In this document: positions 8,098-17,730 of the stretch, in pieces
How the letters are laid out: each line of letters opens with the position of its first letter
Position numbering within the stretch: position 1 is the stretch's first letter
Virus record (IMG/VR): IMGVR_UViG_3300027736_000021
Reading direction: 5' to 3' (one strand)
DNA from: a virus
Length of the DNA: 64,000 bases
Program-made: the position numbers and the translations under genes
The notes under the pieces: model-generated
What the model was told of the DNA's origin: nothing
Database searches by the model: none
Seen by the model: the letters and a program-made list of their open reading frames with translations, nothing else

Positions 8098-8982
8098 ATG
8101 AGTTCATTTGCAAACCTAAAGCGCAATCGTAGTTCGTTGGATAAACTTACTAAGGCGATTGAAGCTACTCAATCCGGCAGTTCTGAAGCCGGTTCAAAAG
8201 ACGATACTCGCTTTTGGCAACCATCAGTAGATAAATCTGGTAACGGCATGGCGGTCATTCGCTTTCTGCCAGCACCAGCAGTTGACGGTGATGACGCCTT
8301 ACCGTGGGTTCGCACATTCAGTCATGGATTTCAGGGACCTGGCGGTTGGTTTATTGATAACTGCTTGACCACTTTGAATGATAAGTGTCCTGTTTGTGAA
8401 CACAATAATACATTATGGAATTCTGGAATTGAAGCTAACAAAGAGATTGCTCGCAAACAAAAACGCAAGTTGTCTTATGTTGCTAACATTCTAGTTGTGT
8501 CTGACCCAAGTAATCCTGATAATGAAGGTCAAATCAAACTGTTTAAGTTTGGCAAGAAAATCTTTGATAAGATTACAGAGGCGATGAATCCTGAATTCGC
8601 TGATGAAACACCAGTTAACCCATTTGATATGTGGGAAGGTGCTAATTTCAAATTGAAGATTCGTAATGTTGAAGGTTATCGTAATTATGATAAATCGGAG
8701 TTTGCTGATTCATCTCCATTATTTGAAGGTGATGATGCTAAACTAGAAGAATTGTGGAAGAAAGAGTTTTCTCTCAAAGAGTTTACTCAGAAGTCGCAGT
8801 TCAAACCTTATGAGCAATTAAAAGCTCGTTTGGATAAAGTTCTAGGCTTTGATGGTGAAGTTGTAAGAACCAAAGCTGAATCTGCTGATATCAGTCCTTT
8901 CAAAGACGATGATGTTGTCTTAAAGTCTGGTGTTGAAGATGAAGATTTGGATTACTTCAAATCACTTGCTGAAACAAAGTAA
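8098..8982 (+). CDS. gp32: Single-stranded DNA-binding protein gp32
   Basis: D.RFW, GNG.AVIRFLP, H.FQGPGGW.I.NCLTT, CPVC, FGKKIFDKI, acidic tail. Confidence 0.97.
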   Translation: MSSFANLKRNRSSLDKLTKAIEATQSGSSEAGSKDDTRFWQPSVDKSGNGMAVIRFLPAPAVDGDDALPWVRTFSHGFQGPGGWFIDNCLTTLNDKCPVCEHNNTLWNSGIEANKEIARKQKRKLSYVANILVVSDPSNPDNEGQIKLFKFGKKIFDKITEAMNPEFADETPVNPFDMWEGANFKLKIRNVEGYRNYDKSEFADSSPLFEGDDAKLEELWKKEFSLKEFTQKSQFKPYEQLKARLDKVLGFDGEVVRTKAESADISPFKDDDVVLKSGVEDEDLDYFKSLAETK

Positions 8983-9002
8983 TACAAAATCCCATGCAAG
9001 TC

Positions 9003-9027
9003 AACCCCGCTTCGGCGGGGTTTTTTT
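9003..9027 (+). terminator. Rho-independent terminator between convergent genes
   Basis: AACCCCGC-TTCG-GCGGGGTT plus T-run. Confidence 0.9.
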
Positions 9028-11143
9028 ATGCTGACATTCCTTGAGTTAAAAGTCTAGCTAATTCAGTATCATATGGACTAGCAGCTGATGATGATACAAC
9101 TGATTGTTTTCCACTTCCGCCACCAATAATATTTGTTGTTTGATTGCCACCAGAAGATGGAGAAGGAGTTCTATTGGCAGCAGCTGCAGCTGATGATGCT
9201 TCTCCAATTTTTTCTCCAGTTTTATTTAAAAAAGCCACTCTTTTTGCTTGAGCAGAAGCACTTTGGTCTTTAGGTCTTTCAACATCTATCATAAATGCTT
9301 TTGTTGCTTCTTCTGCTGTTTTTGCCTCTTTAAATCTTTTTGATTTTTTAGCAGCTTCTATAGCTAAATCAATATTAAAATTTGGATCTTTTAACTGTTC
9401 AACCGAATAACCTTTACCTAAACCACCTTTTCTATTCATTTGGAAAAGGCCAACACTATCTTCACCTTTAGTGTTATGAGCATTAGGATCAAGTCTTGAT
9501 TCTGCCATAGCATTTGCAACTGCTCCTTCAGCCTGTGCATCAGTAAATCCTGCGGCTTTAAATTTATTTCTAATTAGCGTTGCCATATCTCCACCACCAA
9601 CACGAGTGGGAGAGGTGTTATCAACTTGGTCAGCGTTAACACCTGTAGCAGCAAGCATATCTGCACCAAACTCTCCGCCACCTAAACTAGCATATGTTTG
9701 TTGTTGGCCACCTAAAAATGATTGTTGTTTTACTGCTTCTGCTGTGCCTGCTTTTGGTAAATTTGAAACTTCTGAAGCTGGTGTTGGTGATGTTGGTGTA
9801 GGTTGATTGAGTCCTAAAGCTTCAGCAAATGCACCTATTAAAGCATCTTCAAATGACATGGCTTCTGGTGCTGTTGCTGAATCGGAAGTTTTTTTTGCTT
9901 TATCCATTGCATCTAAAGCTGTTTCAATTCCATCTTTGCCAAATATAGCGTCATAAATCTGAATAATCTCATAACCCAATAATATAGCACTTGCAATTGT
10001 AATTAAAAGGGAAAATCCAGCAGTAAATGGTGCAGCTGCAAAACTAGCAAACATTGTTACAGCTTTAAATGCAATTGCTTTACCAACTTTTTCACCAAGA
10101 AGTTTAAAAAATAAAGTGTTTTGTTTTTTTGATGTTATCTTTACAGCAAATTTTCTTAATTTTTCTAATTTTTCACCCATAGATTTGCTGCCAACATCTC
10201 CAGCTTTAACCATTTTGCCACCTTTTTCAGCAATGGTCGATTGTCGCATTTCATATTGTGGCGCTCTGTTTCCTAGTGCTGATCCAGCTTTTAAACCTCC
10301 ATAAGCAAGAGCAGCTCCTCCAATTCCTCCCGCAGCTTGTCCTGCTCTGTCAAGAAAACCTCTTTGATTAGATTGACCTGAAATATCAGTACCGTCATTT
10401 CCTTTACTTAAAGCATTAGCAGCAAAAAGTCCTCCTGTAGCTAAAGCGCCAAGTTTTAAACCTTTCACTAATAATTTTCCACCAGGCAACATACTAATAA
10501 TGCCCATAATCAATTTAACTGTTCCCATTAATACTGTTCCAAGAACAGCAAATGTTCCAACTAATCCAGCAATAATTGAACCAAAACTTCCTAATTTTGA
10601 AGCCAATCCAACAAATAAAGAAGAAACTAAACCTAATATTCCAGTTAATTCACTTCCTTTTTCTTTACTCACCATAGTTGGTGTTGTGCCTTTAGCATTT
10701 TTATTAAATGTTGCTTCATAAGCATTTTCTCTAAATTTTGCACTAGAAAAATAACTTTGAGCTTTTGTAGATGGAGTTCCACCTTGCAATTTTACTAACT
10801 TAGCAATATTCTTTTGCATAATATTCATTTGGCTTGCCATTGCAGGCAAAGCCATAGAATTTTTTGCAGTTATTCTACTATTAATACTAATTTCTTGTAG
10901 AACACTTGAAGAACCGGAAATGGCAGATGACATTTCTGAAGATTTATTGGAACGGTCAATTGCTGAATATCCTTTGCCAAAAACTTTACGACCAACAATT
11001 GAACCTAAACCGGATCCACCAAACAGAACATTTCTAATGTCCATTTTTTCTCGGCTAGATTTACCAAAAGCTGATGCTGTTCCACCAATCAAACCTCTGG
11101 TTTTATATTCTTGTTGTAATATATCAGTTAACCTACTTGCCAT
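9026..11143 (-). CDS. Tape-measure-like (gp29-position) protein with a C-terminal phage tail lysozyme domain
   Basis: Ala/Gly-rich helical body with hydrophobic segments; GFTDAQAEGAVANAMAESRLDPNA...GLFQ...VERP; directly downstream of gp26/gp51. Confidence 0.7.
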   Translation of the reverse strand: MASRLTDILQQEYKTRGLIGGTASAFGKSSREKMDIRNVLFGGSGLGSIVGRKVFGKGYSAIDRSNKSSEMSSAISGSSSVLQEISINSRITAKNSMALPAMASQMNIMQKNIAKLVKLQGGTPSTKAQSYFSSAKFRENAYEATFNKNAKGTTPTMVSKEKGSELTGILGLVSSLFVGLASKLGSFGSIIAGLVGTFAVLGTVLMGTVKLIMGIISMLPGGKLLVKGLKLGALATGGLFAANALSKGNDGTDISGQSNQRGFLDRAGQAAGGIGGAALAYGGLKAGSALGNRAPQYEMRQSTIAEKGGKMVKAGDVGSKSMGEKLEKLRKFAVKITSKKQNTLFFKLLGEKVGKAIAFKAVTMFASFAAAPFTAGFSLLITIASAILLGYEIIQIYDAIFGKDGIETALDAMDKAKKTSDSATAPEAMSFEDALIGAFAEALGLNQPTPTSPTPASEVSNLPKAGTAEAVKQQSFLGGQQQTYASLGGGEFGADMLAATGVNADQVDNTSPTRVGGGDMATLIRNKFKAAGFTDAQAEGAVANAMAESRLDPNAHNTKGEDSVGLFQMNRKGGLGKGYSVEQLKDPNFNIDLAIEAAKKSKRFKEAKTAEEATKAFMIDVERPKDQSASAQAKRVAFLNKTGEKIGEASSAAAAANRTPSPSSGGNQTTNIIGGGSGKQSVVSSSAASPYDTELARLLTQGMSA

Positions 11144-11145
11144 TT

Positions 11146-11334
11146 TTAACGCCTTTGCATTTGTTTAATCTTTTCGTTTTCTTCTTCCAGATATCTCATT
11201 AGCATATTCACATAGATATCTCTTTCCCAAGGTAACATATTTTCCAATTCAGTCAAACTATACTTGTGATGTTGCATTAAAGCAAAGTTTGTTTGGTAAT
11301 AGTTCGTCAGGTTTTCATAACCAAAACTTATACG
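11146..11334 (-). CDS. gp51: gp51-like baseplate hub/tail assembly protein (not in ORF track; first ATG at 11277, frame open to 11334)
   Basis: RISFGYENLTNYYQTNFALMQHHKYSLTELENMLPWERDIYVNML...; probably reached by a -1 frameshift from gp26. Confidence 0.8.
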   Translation of the reverse strand, partial: RISFGYENLTNYYQTNFALMQHHKYSLTELENMLPWERDIYVNMLMRYLEEENEKIKQMQRR

Positions 11335-12062
11335 AAAAAATTTTGAATTCCTTCTACTTCAATTTTTTCTTCGTGGCCACATTTATTGCATTTAAAATCT
11401 ACATCTTTTCTTATCTTTGGCATCGTGTCAAAGAAATTTTTAATTTTTTCCAAATCTTTACTCTGCATGGATTCTATAAATTCAATTAAATCTTCCTCTT
11501 GAGAATCTTTTGCATAATAAATTTTATCGGCATCATACACATAATCAATACAATTTACTGTCATTTTAATAATTGAATCCGCTTCTGATACATCTTTAAA
11601 TTTTTTAAGAGTTTCAAAATTTGGATATTTCATTACAATACCAAGTTTTTCAGTAATTTGAATTTTATTTGTATGTCCTTCTTGTTTTTCTGGATGAATA
11701 TCTAAAACATTTAAATCAATTTGAACAACATTATTACATTTTTTTTCTTCTTTAGTTTCTTCATCCAAAACATCATTATTGCATTTATATTTTAGATTCA
11801 CCACTTCTCCTATTGACCTTGCACGAATATTTAAAAATAAATGTTCAATGTCAAATAAAGGTAAAGAATCTGCTTGAAACTCATCTAAAATACAATTATT
11901 AAGAATCTGTTTAATTGTATCAACAATCGTAGTTAAATCTTCACCTTCATTAGCCATCAAAAAGAGTTTTTCTTCTTTTACTGTAAATGGTCTAAATCGC
12001 AAGCTTTTGCCGGTGGACAATAACTTTACATTATAAATGGGCACATCAATTTTAGGTAACAT
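11328..12062 (-). CDS. gp26: Baseplate hub assembly protein (gp26 as annotated in T4-like phages)
   Basis: LPKI..P.Y, FRPFTVKEEK, FDIEHLFLNIRARSIGE, MKYP, FFDTMPK, C..CG, EGIQNFF. Confidence 0.88.
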   Translation of the reverse strand: MLPKIDVPIYNVKLLSTGKSLRFRPFTVKEEKLFLMANEGEDLTTIVDTIKQILNNCILDEFQADSLPLFDIEHLFLNIRARSIGEVVNLKYKCNNDVLDEETKEEKKCNNVVQIDLNVLDIHPEKQEGHTNKIQITEKLGIVMKYPNFETLKKFKDVSEADSIIKMTVNCIDYVYDADKIYYAKDSQEEDLIEFIESMQSKDLEKIKNFFDTMPKIRKDVDFKCNKCGHEEKIEVEGIQNFFV

Positions 12063-12078
12063 ATTAAATCCTCATCAA

Positions 12079-12849
12079 TTAAAAAATCTTCGCAAGCGTT
12101 TTTCCTATTGTATTGTTAATAGAATTTCCTGCTCTATCAAAAAAAGGCGCAGCTTTAACACCAAACAAAGCACTAGCGGCTGCAGCCAAATCGTAACTAC
12201 CTTCGTATATAACTTTATATCGCTGATATGCAAATTGCACCGATAACCGATGAAAGTTATCTTCTGACCAATTTAATGGTTGTGCAGCCACACCAATTGG
12301 AAAAGCATCAACCAATTCTACTGAGTAAATCTTTTTAATAAAATCATCATATTGAATAATTGTGATATTGCACATATAACGAGTTGAGTTTCCTTTTGGA
12401 AATCTCATATTGTTTGTATCTGATGGGTGAATTGCTTCTATCCAACGGTCAAACAATTTTCTCTCATAGAAATCATTTGTGCAAATAAATCCTAAATTAA
12501 TATCATTGTATTGTGATTGATATGGCACTTTAAATGTGGGACCATAAATCTTAACATCTTGTGTTAATAATGTTCGACCGGGCAACTCAGCAGTTTCACA
12601 TTGTAAAGCTAAGTAACGAGATAAAGAAGCATTGGTTGTTCTTGTTGCTGGATCCTGAGGTGCTGAAAAGATATCAGTTACAGATGATACAATATTATTT
12701 GGTAAATTAATCAATTGTTCAAGAACTGAATTACCTACAAATGAATTGATATAACTTGGAATAGGAAGAATCACCTCAAACCTAGAAGGTTTTGCCGGGC
12801 CATCGTGTGCTTTAATGTTAGTTAAAAATAATTGTGGTGAAAAAGACAT
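12079..12849 (-). CDS. Tail-tube-fold baseplate protein (gp54-like tube initiator)
   Basis: AKPSRFEV, CETAELPGR, ERKLFDRW, DAFPI...LNW, LSVQFAY. Confidence 0.72.
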   Translation of the reverse strand: MSFSPQLFLTNIKAHDGPAKPSRFEVILPIPSYINSFVGNSVLEQLINLPNNIVSSVTDIFSAPQDPATRTTNASLSRYLALQCETAELPGRTLLTQDVKIYGPTFKVPYQSQYNDINLGFICTNDFYERKLFDRWIEAIHPSDTNNMRFPKGNSTRYMCNITIIQYDDFIKKIYSVELVDAFPIGVAAQPLNWSEDNFHRLSVQFAYQRYKVIYEGSYDLAAAASALFGVKAAPFFDRAGNSINNTIGKTLAKIF

Positions 12850-13427
12850 TAGAATTTTTTCCTAGAATCTGCGTAAACTTTATTTTTTGTTGCGCCTATA
12901 AAATATTCATATGGAATTAAGGCAGCAATATCCCATTCTTCAGCAGGTATTTCTAAGAACCTACTGTCAACGTGTTTGTAGAGGTACCTCTTGATACAAG
13001 GAGTACCTTCAAAAATTCTGGAGGCATTTTTAAGTGTGTGATACCTCAAACGAAACTTTGTGGTTTCATCGTAGTCATCATTATTTAAAAATACACTCAA
13101 TTTGTCTAAAAGGATAATCCGTTGCTTTGGGCTGATATAATGCAAGTTCAGTCCTAAGAAACCGTCTGAGTATCGTTCAATTGGTATAACCAATGGGAAC
13201 CTATCGTAATATGGCAACGAATCCTTTAACTTAGGGTCGTAAAAGTAAAAATACATACAACCCAACATCGACCTATTTTTTATCTTATCACGGTCTTTCA
13301 TTAACGCCGTGCGCTGAGGTGATAAATTCTTTACCTTAGCTTTTAACCACTCTCTAGCTGCATTGGTTCTTGGTTCTAAACCTTCTTCCGATAGCTGCTG
13401 AGTGATTCTTTCTAGTAAATAAGCCAT
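12849..13427 (-). CDS. gp2: DNA end protector protein gp2
   Basis: MYFYFYDPK.K..LPYYDRFPL, GFLGLNLHY, CIKRYL. Confidence 0.92.
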   Translation of the reverse strand: MAYLLERITQQLSEEGLEPRTNAAREWLKAKVKNLSPQRTALMKDRDKIKNRSMLGCMYFYFYDPKLKDSLPYYDRFPLVIPIERYSDGFLGLNLHYISPKQRIILLDKLSVFLNNDDYDETTKFRLRYHTLKNASRIFEGTPCIKRYLYKHVDSRFLEIPAEEWDIAALIPYEYFIGATKNKVYADSRKKF

Positions 13428-13431
13428 ACTC

Positions 13432-13439
13432 TATTTATA
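13432..13439 (-). promoter_or_regulatory. T4 late promoter TATAAATA
   Basis: Exact match on the minus strand, 4 nt before the gp2 ATG. Confidence 0.85.
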
Positions 13440-13518
13440 CTCAAAAATAAAGTCCATTATTACCTTCTTTTTAGCAGCAAAACCTTATAAGTATCGGTGT
13501 TCCGTTTTAAAGATAAGG

Positions 13519-13965
13519 TTATAGTAATCCAAGTTCATGTTCCGTTACCACAAGGAACTTCCACCCATGTTCCTGACAGAATATATCCGCAGCTCTCCAT
13601 TTCTCCTGATTGACCGCATAGGTTGCCATCTCTTGTAGAAACCTTTTGGTTTTCCTTTTCTGAGTAGGCATCTTTGTCTGTGCCATTGGCTTTACCTCAA
13701 TAATATAAGTCATTACCTTGCCGTCTTTCAACCTCATTTTGGCGATAAAATCTGGAAAGTAGCGGTGCATTTTATTGTCGATTGGAGACTTGTATGGTAC
13801 TGCCAATTCTTCTGACGACCACCAGAGAACATTCGGATGTTCATCCAACCATTTCATTACCCTGCGTTCCCATGTTGACCGATAGACGATGTTATCCGCA
13901 TCACCTTTATATTTGGTGGGATGCCTTGGATTGAACCATCCTTTATAAGTTTTGCCAAATGTCAT
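13519..13965 (-). CDS. gp4: Head completion nuclease gp4
   Basis: KYKGD...IVYRSTWE, WSSEE, HRYFPDF, IEVKP, N..KW.AA. Confidence 0.92.
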   Translation of the reverse strand: MTFGKTYKGWFNPRHPTKYKGDADNIVYRSTWERRVMKWLDEHPNVLWWSSEELAVPYKSPIDNKMHRYFPDFIAKMRLKDGKVMTYIIEVKPMAQTKMPTQKRKTKRFLQEMATYAVNQEKWRAADIFCQEHGWKFLVVTEHELGLL

Positions 13966-13972
13966 ATAAATA
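13965..13972 (+). promoter_or_regulatory. T4 late promoter TATAAATA
   Basis: Exact match at the divergent gp4/gp48 junction. Confidence 0.85.
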
Positions 13973-13998
13973 TGTAGTAAATCTCCATAGGATACTAA

Positions 13999-15264
13999 AT
14001 GGCACTTTTCAATCTTACCGACATTAGTTTTAAGGCTCCAGGTTCAGCAAAAGGACCCCTTGCTTCTTTGACTGAAAATTCGGAGTATGCGTCATCAACA
14101 CTTCGTTTTCCTAGTGATGTTGGAAGTAGTGATAAAGCACACTACATGGTTATTAATATAAATGAACAAAAGAAAACTCAGTTTTCTGGTACTGAAGCTT
14201 CAGAAAAACCATTTGTTATTCAAAATCGCACCGGTAATCCAGCTTTACAACCAAATATAGGTGGAATAAAAACTCTTTTGGATACAGCTTTATCAACTGA
14301 TGCTGGTAAAGTTGTGCAAGAAAAATTTCAAACTAGTGTCAATTCTCTTTTAGGTGGTCTTTCCAGCACAGGTAAAGCAGGAGAAGTTTTAGCTGGTCTT
14401 GCAAGTGGAGTTGGTAATGAATTAACACAATATATAAAAGATATTGATCCTATTGGGTTTACAAGAACAATTCGTAGAATTAAAAACACAATTGTTTTGT
14501 ATATGCCTGATACATTAATGTTTTCACAAAGTCAAAATTATGACCAACTCAACATTGGTGGAGGTATTGTTTCTGGCATGATGTCCGCCGCTGGATCATT
14601 AATGGATACAAAAAAGAATAATCCGCAAGCCAATAGTCAAGATTTGTCTTATCTTTACGGAAAAAATTTAGCACCATTTTTTGCTAGTGCTGCTTTAAAT
14701 CAATCCGCACTTGGCAAAACAATTTTTGCCGCTGCTACAGGCACAGTTGTTAATCCAATGATGGAGATACTTTATAGTTCTCCAACGCCTCGTAATTTTC
14801 AATTCGATTTTCAGTTTAATCCAAGAGATGAAAAAGAAGCAAAAGAAGTTCAAGATATTATTGATAGTATTAGATTTTTTCAAGCTCCTGAAATTAAAGA
14901 AGGAAGCGGAGGTTTCTTTTTAATTCCTCCTGCTGAATTTGATATTAGTTTTTATTATAACGGAAAAATTAATCCAAATATACCACCAGTATCTACTTGT
15001 GTATTATCAAATGTTAATGTAAATTATGCTCCAAATGGTTTTTCTACTTATGAAATTCCTAATGAAACTAGTGCTCAAATTGGAAGAACTGGTATGCCAG
15101 TTTCAATTATTATGCAATTGACATTTATGGAAACCGAAATGGTTTATAAAAATAGTAATTTATTAAGAAGGCCAGCTGGAATAGCTTACTCTGGAAGCAA
15201 AGATTTTGAAAGAGAGAGAGAATTAAATAATATAAGAACAAGAGATGCAAATAACCCATTATAA
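13999..15264 (+). CDS. gp48: Baseplate tail-tube cap gp48
   Basis: LRFPSD, IVLYMP, VNPMME.LY..P..R.FQF.F.F.PR...E, CVL..V.VNYAP, L.F.ETE. Confidence 0.85.
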   Translation: MALFNLTDISFKAPGSAKGPLASLTENSEYASSTLRFPSDVGSSDKAHYMVININEQKKTQFSGTEASEKPFVIQNRTGNPALQPNIGGIKTLLDTALSTDAGKVVQEKFQTSVNSLLGGLSSTGKAGEVLAGLASGVGNELTQYIKDIDPIGFTRTIRRIKNTIVLYMPDTLMFSQSQNYDQLNIGGGIVSGMMSAAGSLMDTKKNNPQANSQDLSYLYGKNLAPFFASAALNQSALGKTIFAAATGTVVNPMMEILYSSPTPRNFQFDFQFNPRDEKEAKEVQDIIDSIRFFQAPEIKEGSGGFFLIPPAEFDISFYYNGKINPNIPPVSTCVLSNVNVNYAPNGFSTYEIPNETSAQIGRTGMPVSIIMQLTFMETEMVYKNSNLLRRPAGIAYSGSKDFERERELNNIRTRDANNPL

Positions 15265-15273
15265 TATAAAAAA

Positions 15274-15912
15274 ATGTCAAAATATTTTAATTACTTTCCA
15301 AAAACTTTTTATAAGTTAAATGAAAATTCAAACGATGTTGATGCTGTTACAAATATAACATCTCGTTTTGGATTTGAGCAATCTTTTAAAAATAATTCTG
15401 CTGTTTATTATGAATATGATGTGCAAGATAGTGATACTCCAGAAATAATTGCAAATAAGTTTTATGGATCTCCAGAACGCCATTGGGCAGTTTTAATGAT
15501 AAATGATATTGTGGATCCACAATTTGATTGGCCTCTTGACCAAAGAACAATCATTTCTTTTATTGATGAAAAATATACTGCAAATGCCAATTCAGGCCAA
15601 TCTGGAATAGCTTGGGCTCAATCAAATATACATTCATATTATAAAGTAGAAACACGCACCTCAAATTCAACTGAAGCTGAACTGCAATCAAAATTACAAA
15701 TTGATGCAAATACATATGCTAATGTGGCAGCAACAACAACAAATTTAACTTTGGATGATGGTAATTCAATTACAATTAAAGTATCTAAAGAAAACAAATC
15801 ATATTATGATTATGAGGTTGAAGAAAATGAATCTAAGAGAACCATTAAATTGTTAAAGCCAGAATTTGTTTCATCCATTGAAGAAGAATTTAAAATTATT
15901 TTTAATACATAA
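15274..15912 (+). CDS. gp53: Baseplate wedge protein gp53
   Basis: YFNYFP, DTPEIIA.KFYG....W..L..N.I.DP..DWP, YDYE...NE.KR.IKLL. Confidence 0.9.
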   Translation: MSKYFNYFPKTFYKLNENSNDVDAVTNITSRFGFEQSFKNNSAVYYEYDVQDSDTPEIIANKFYGSPERHWAVLMINDIVDPQFDWPLDQRTIISFIDEKYTANANSGQSGIAWAQSNIHSYYKVETRTSNSTEAELQSKLQIDANTYANVAATTTNLTLDDGNSITIKVSKENKSYYDYEVEENESKRTIKLLKPEFVSSIEEEFKIIFNT

Positions 15913-17207
15913 TGTCCGTTGAAATAAATCAAACCACACAATTTAAAATAAAAGATTTATCAATTATATCAAAGTTTGGTAAAATTGATATAGGCGGAGC
16001 ATTTGAGGAATTAAACATTTTTGATACAATGTTAATGCCTTGTATGTCAGGCAATATTGTTATTCGTGATGCTATAGGCCTTTCTCAAAAATTATATTTT
16101 GACGGTAGTGAGAGTATCAGTATTGATATTTCTAAAAGTGATGAAAATTTAGCTTCAATTAATATGAAAAAAGTATTTAAAATTTATAAACAAACAGATA
16201 GAAAAAATGAAAACCAAACTTCAGAAAGTTATATTTTACATTTTGTTTCTGAAGAATTTATATATTCCTTGCAACAAAAAATTAATCAATTCTTTACCGG
16301 TTCATATAGTTCTGCAGCTAAAAAAATATTAAAAAATTATTTAAAAGTTAAAACTCCAATTTTTGTTGAAGAATCTCAAGGCCTTCACGATTTTATTATT
16401 CCTCTATTATCACCTTTTGATTCTCTTAATTGGTTAGCTACTCGTTCTTTAAACAGTAAAAATTTACCAAATTTTATATTTTTTCAAAACAAATATGCTT
16501 ATAATTTTACTTCTTTAGATACAATTTTTTCAAATAAAGAAATTGCAAAAATTAATTTTAATCCAAAAAACACAGGCACTTCAGTAGAAAACGATGAATT
16601 TTTTGGTGCAAGAGATGTAAGAATAATATCTCAATTTAATATAGCACAAAATATATTAGATGGAGCATATTCTGGAAAATTTATTGGTTTTGATGTTTTA
16701 ACTAGAAATTTAAGCATAAATTCAATTCCTTTTAATAATGTTTATTCAAAAGGAAAACACTTAAACAAATATCCTAATGTTCCAGCTGCAAAAAATAGAC
16801 AAAATTTAAATGTTGATGAGATGACGGATTCTAAAATTAATTTGTATCCATTCATGTCAACAAGAGTAAATAGTTCATATGTTAAAAAAAATTACAATCG
16901 AAATGCAACCGTTATAGATGATACGGATAATTATGTGTTTCAAAGAGCTGCTTTGTTATCAAATCTAATTGCAACCAGGTTACAAATAACTTTGCCTGGT
17001 AATTTTTCTCTTTCATCAGGATTTAATGTTTATCTTAAATATCCAAAACGAGGAGTTTATGATAACCCATCTGAAGCTATGGATAAAACTTTAGAGGGTA
17101 AATACTTAATTGTGGCCGCAAGACACATAATTAGATATGATAGACATGAAACTTTACTTGAAGTTGCTAGTGATTCAAGCAATCGTCCTTTAGTAACACA
17201 AGGATAA
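15912..17207 (+). CDS. Baseplate hub protein (gp27-like)
   Basis: Position between gp53 and gp5; MSGNIVIRDA, PFDSLNWL, FIFFQN, LPGN..L..G, GKYLI...RH. Confidence 0.6.
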   Translation: MSVEINQTTQFKIKDLSIISKFGKIDIGGAFEELNIFDTMLMPCMSGNIVIRDAIGLSQKLYFDGSESISIDISKSDENLASINMKKVFKIYKQTDRKNENQTSESYILHFVSEEFIYSLQQKINQFFTGSYSSAAKKILKNYLKVKTPIFVEESQGLHDFIIPLLSPFDSLNWLATRSLNSKNLPNFIFFQNKYAYNFTSLDTIFSNKEIAKINFNPKNTGTSVENDEFFGARDVRIISQFNIAQNILDGAYSGKFIGFDVLTRNLSINSIPFNNVYSKGKHLNKYPNVPAAKNRQNLNVDEMTDSKINLYPFMSTRVNSSYVKKNYNRNATVIDDTDNYVFQRAALLSNLIATRLQITLPGNFSLSSGFNVYLKYPKRGVYDNPSEAMDKTLEGKYLIVAARHIIRYDRHETLLEVASDSSNRPLVTQG

Positions 17208-17209
17208 AA

Positions 17210-17506
17210 ATGGAAAAAGTGAATTTTGCTGGAGCAAACGGTTTTATATGGTGGGTTGGTGTGGTTGAGGATCGACTTGATCCTTTAGCCATTGGCCGGT
17301 GCCGTGTAAGAATATTTGGATGGCACTCTGAAAAAAAGACTTTAGTTCCTACAAAAGATTTACCTTGGGCTCACCCAATGCAACCAATTAATAATTCTAA
17401 GAATTTTTCTGCTCCAAGAATTGGAGATTGGATTGTTGGTTTCTTTTTAGATGGTGAAAATGCACAACAACCAGTAATGATGGGAGTTTTACCAGGAATA
17501 AAATGA
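17210..17506 (+). CDS. Stand-alone gp5 N-terminal OB-fold domain
   Basis: FIWWVGVVEDRLDPL..GRCRVRIFGWH...DLPWA...VGFFLDGENAQQPVMMG; stops right after the domain. Confidence 0.88.
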   Translation: MEKVNFAGANGFIWWVGVVEDRLDPLAIGRCRVRIFGWHSEKKTLVPTKDLPWAHPMQPINNSKNFSAPRIGDWIVGFFLDGENAQQPVMMGVLPGIK

Positions 17507-17730
17507 GTAAATTAATGGAACTACATAAGTTGGCTGCAAAAGTAAAAATATTAGAAGAAAAATATTTTGCTGGAGTATTAACTGAAAAAGAGTTTGCTGA
17601 ACAAATGGAAAAAACAAACTGCCATTGCCATGATGATATTGTGCTTGATGCTTGTCATGCAGACCAAGATGTTTGTTATCGTGAAATAATTAATAATGCA
17701 ATGAAAATGATTAAAAAAGGAACATCATAA
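17503..17730 (+). CDS. Small Cys/His-containing hypothetical protein
   Basis: 75 aa with CHCH..C.H..C; coupled on both sides. Confidence 0.6.
   Translation: MSKLMELHKLAAKVKILEEKYFAGVLTEKEFAEQMEKTNCHCHDDIVLDACHADQDVCYREIINNAMKMIKKGTS

Noticed and set aside
13519-13965. TnsA-like transposase or homing endonuclease
   Set aside because: Motifs and synteny match T4 gp4 head completion protein; no transposon ends or partner genes
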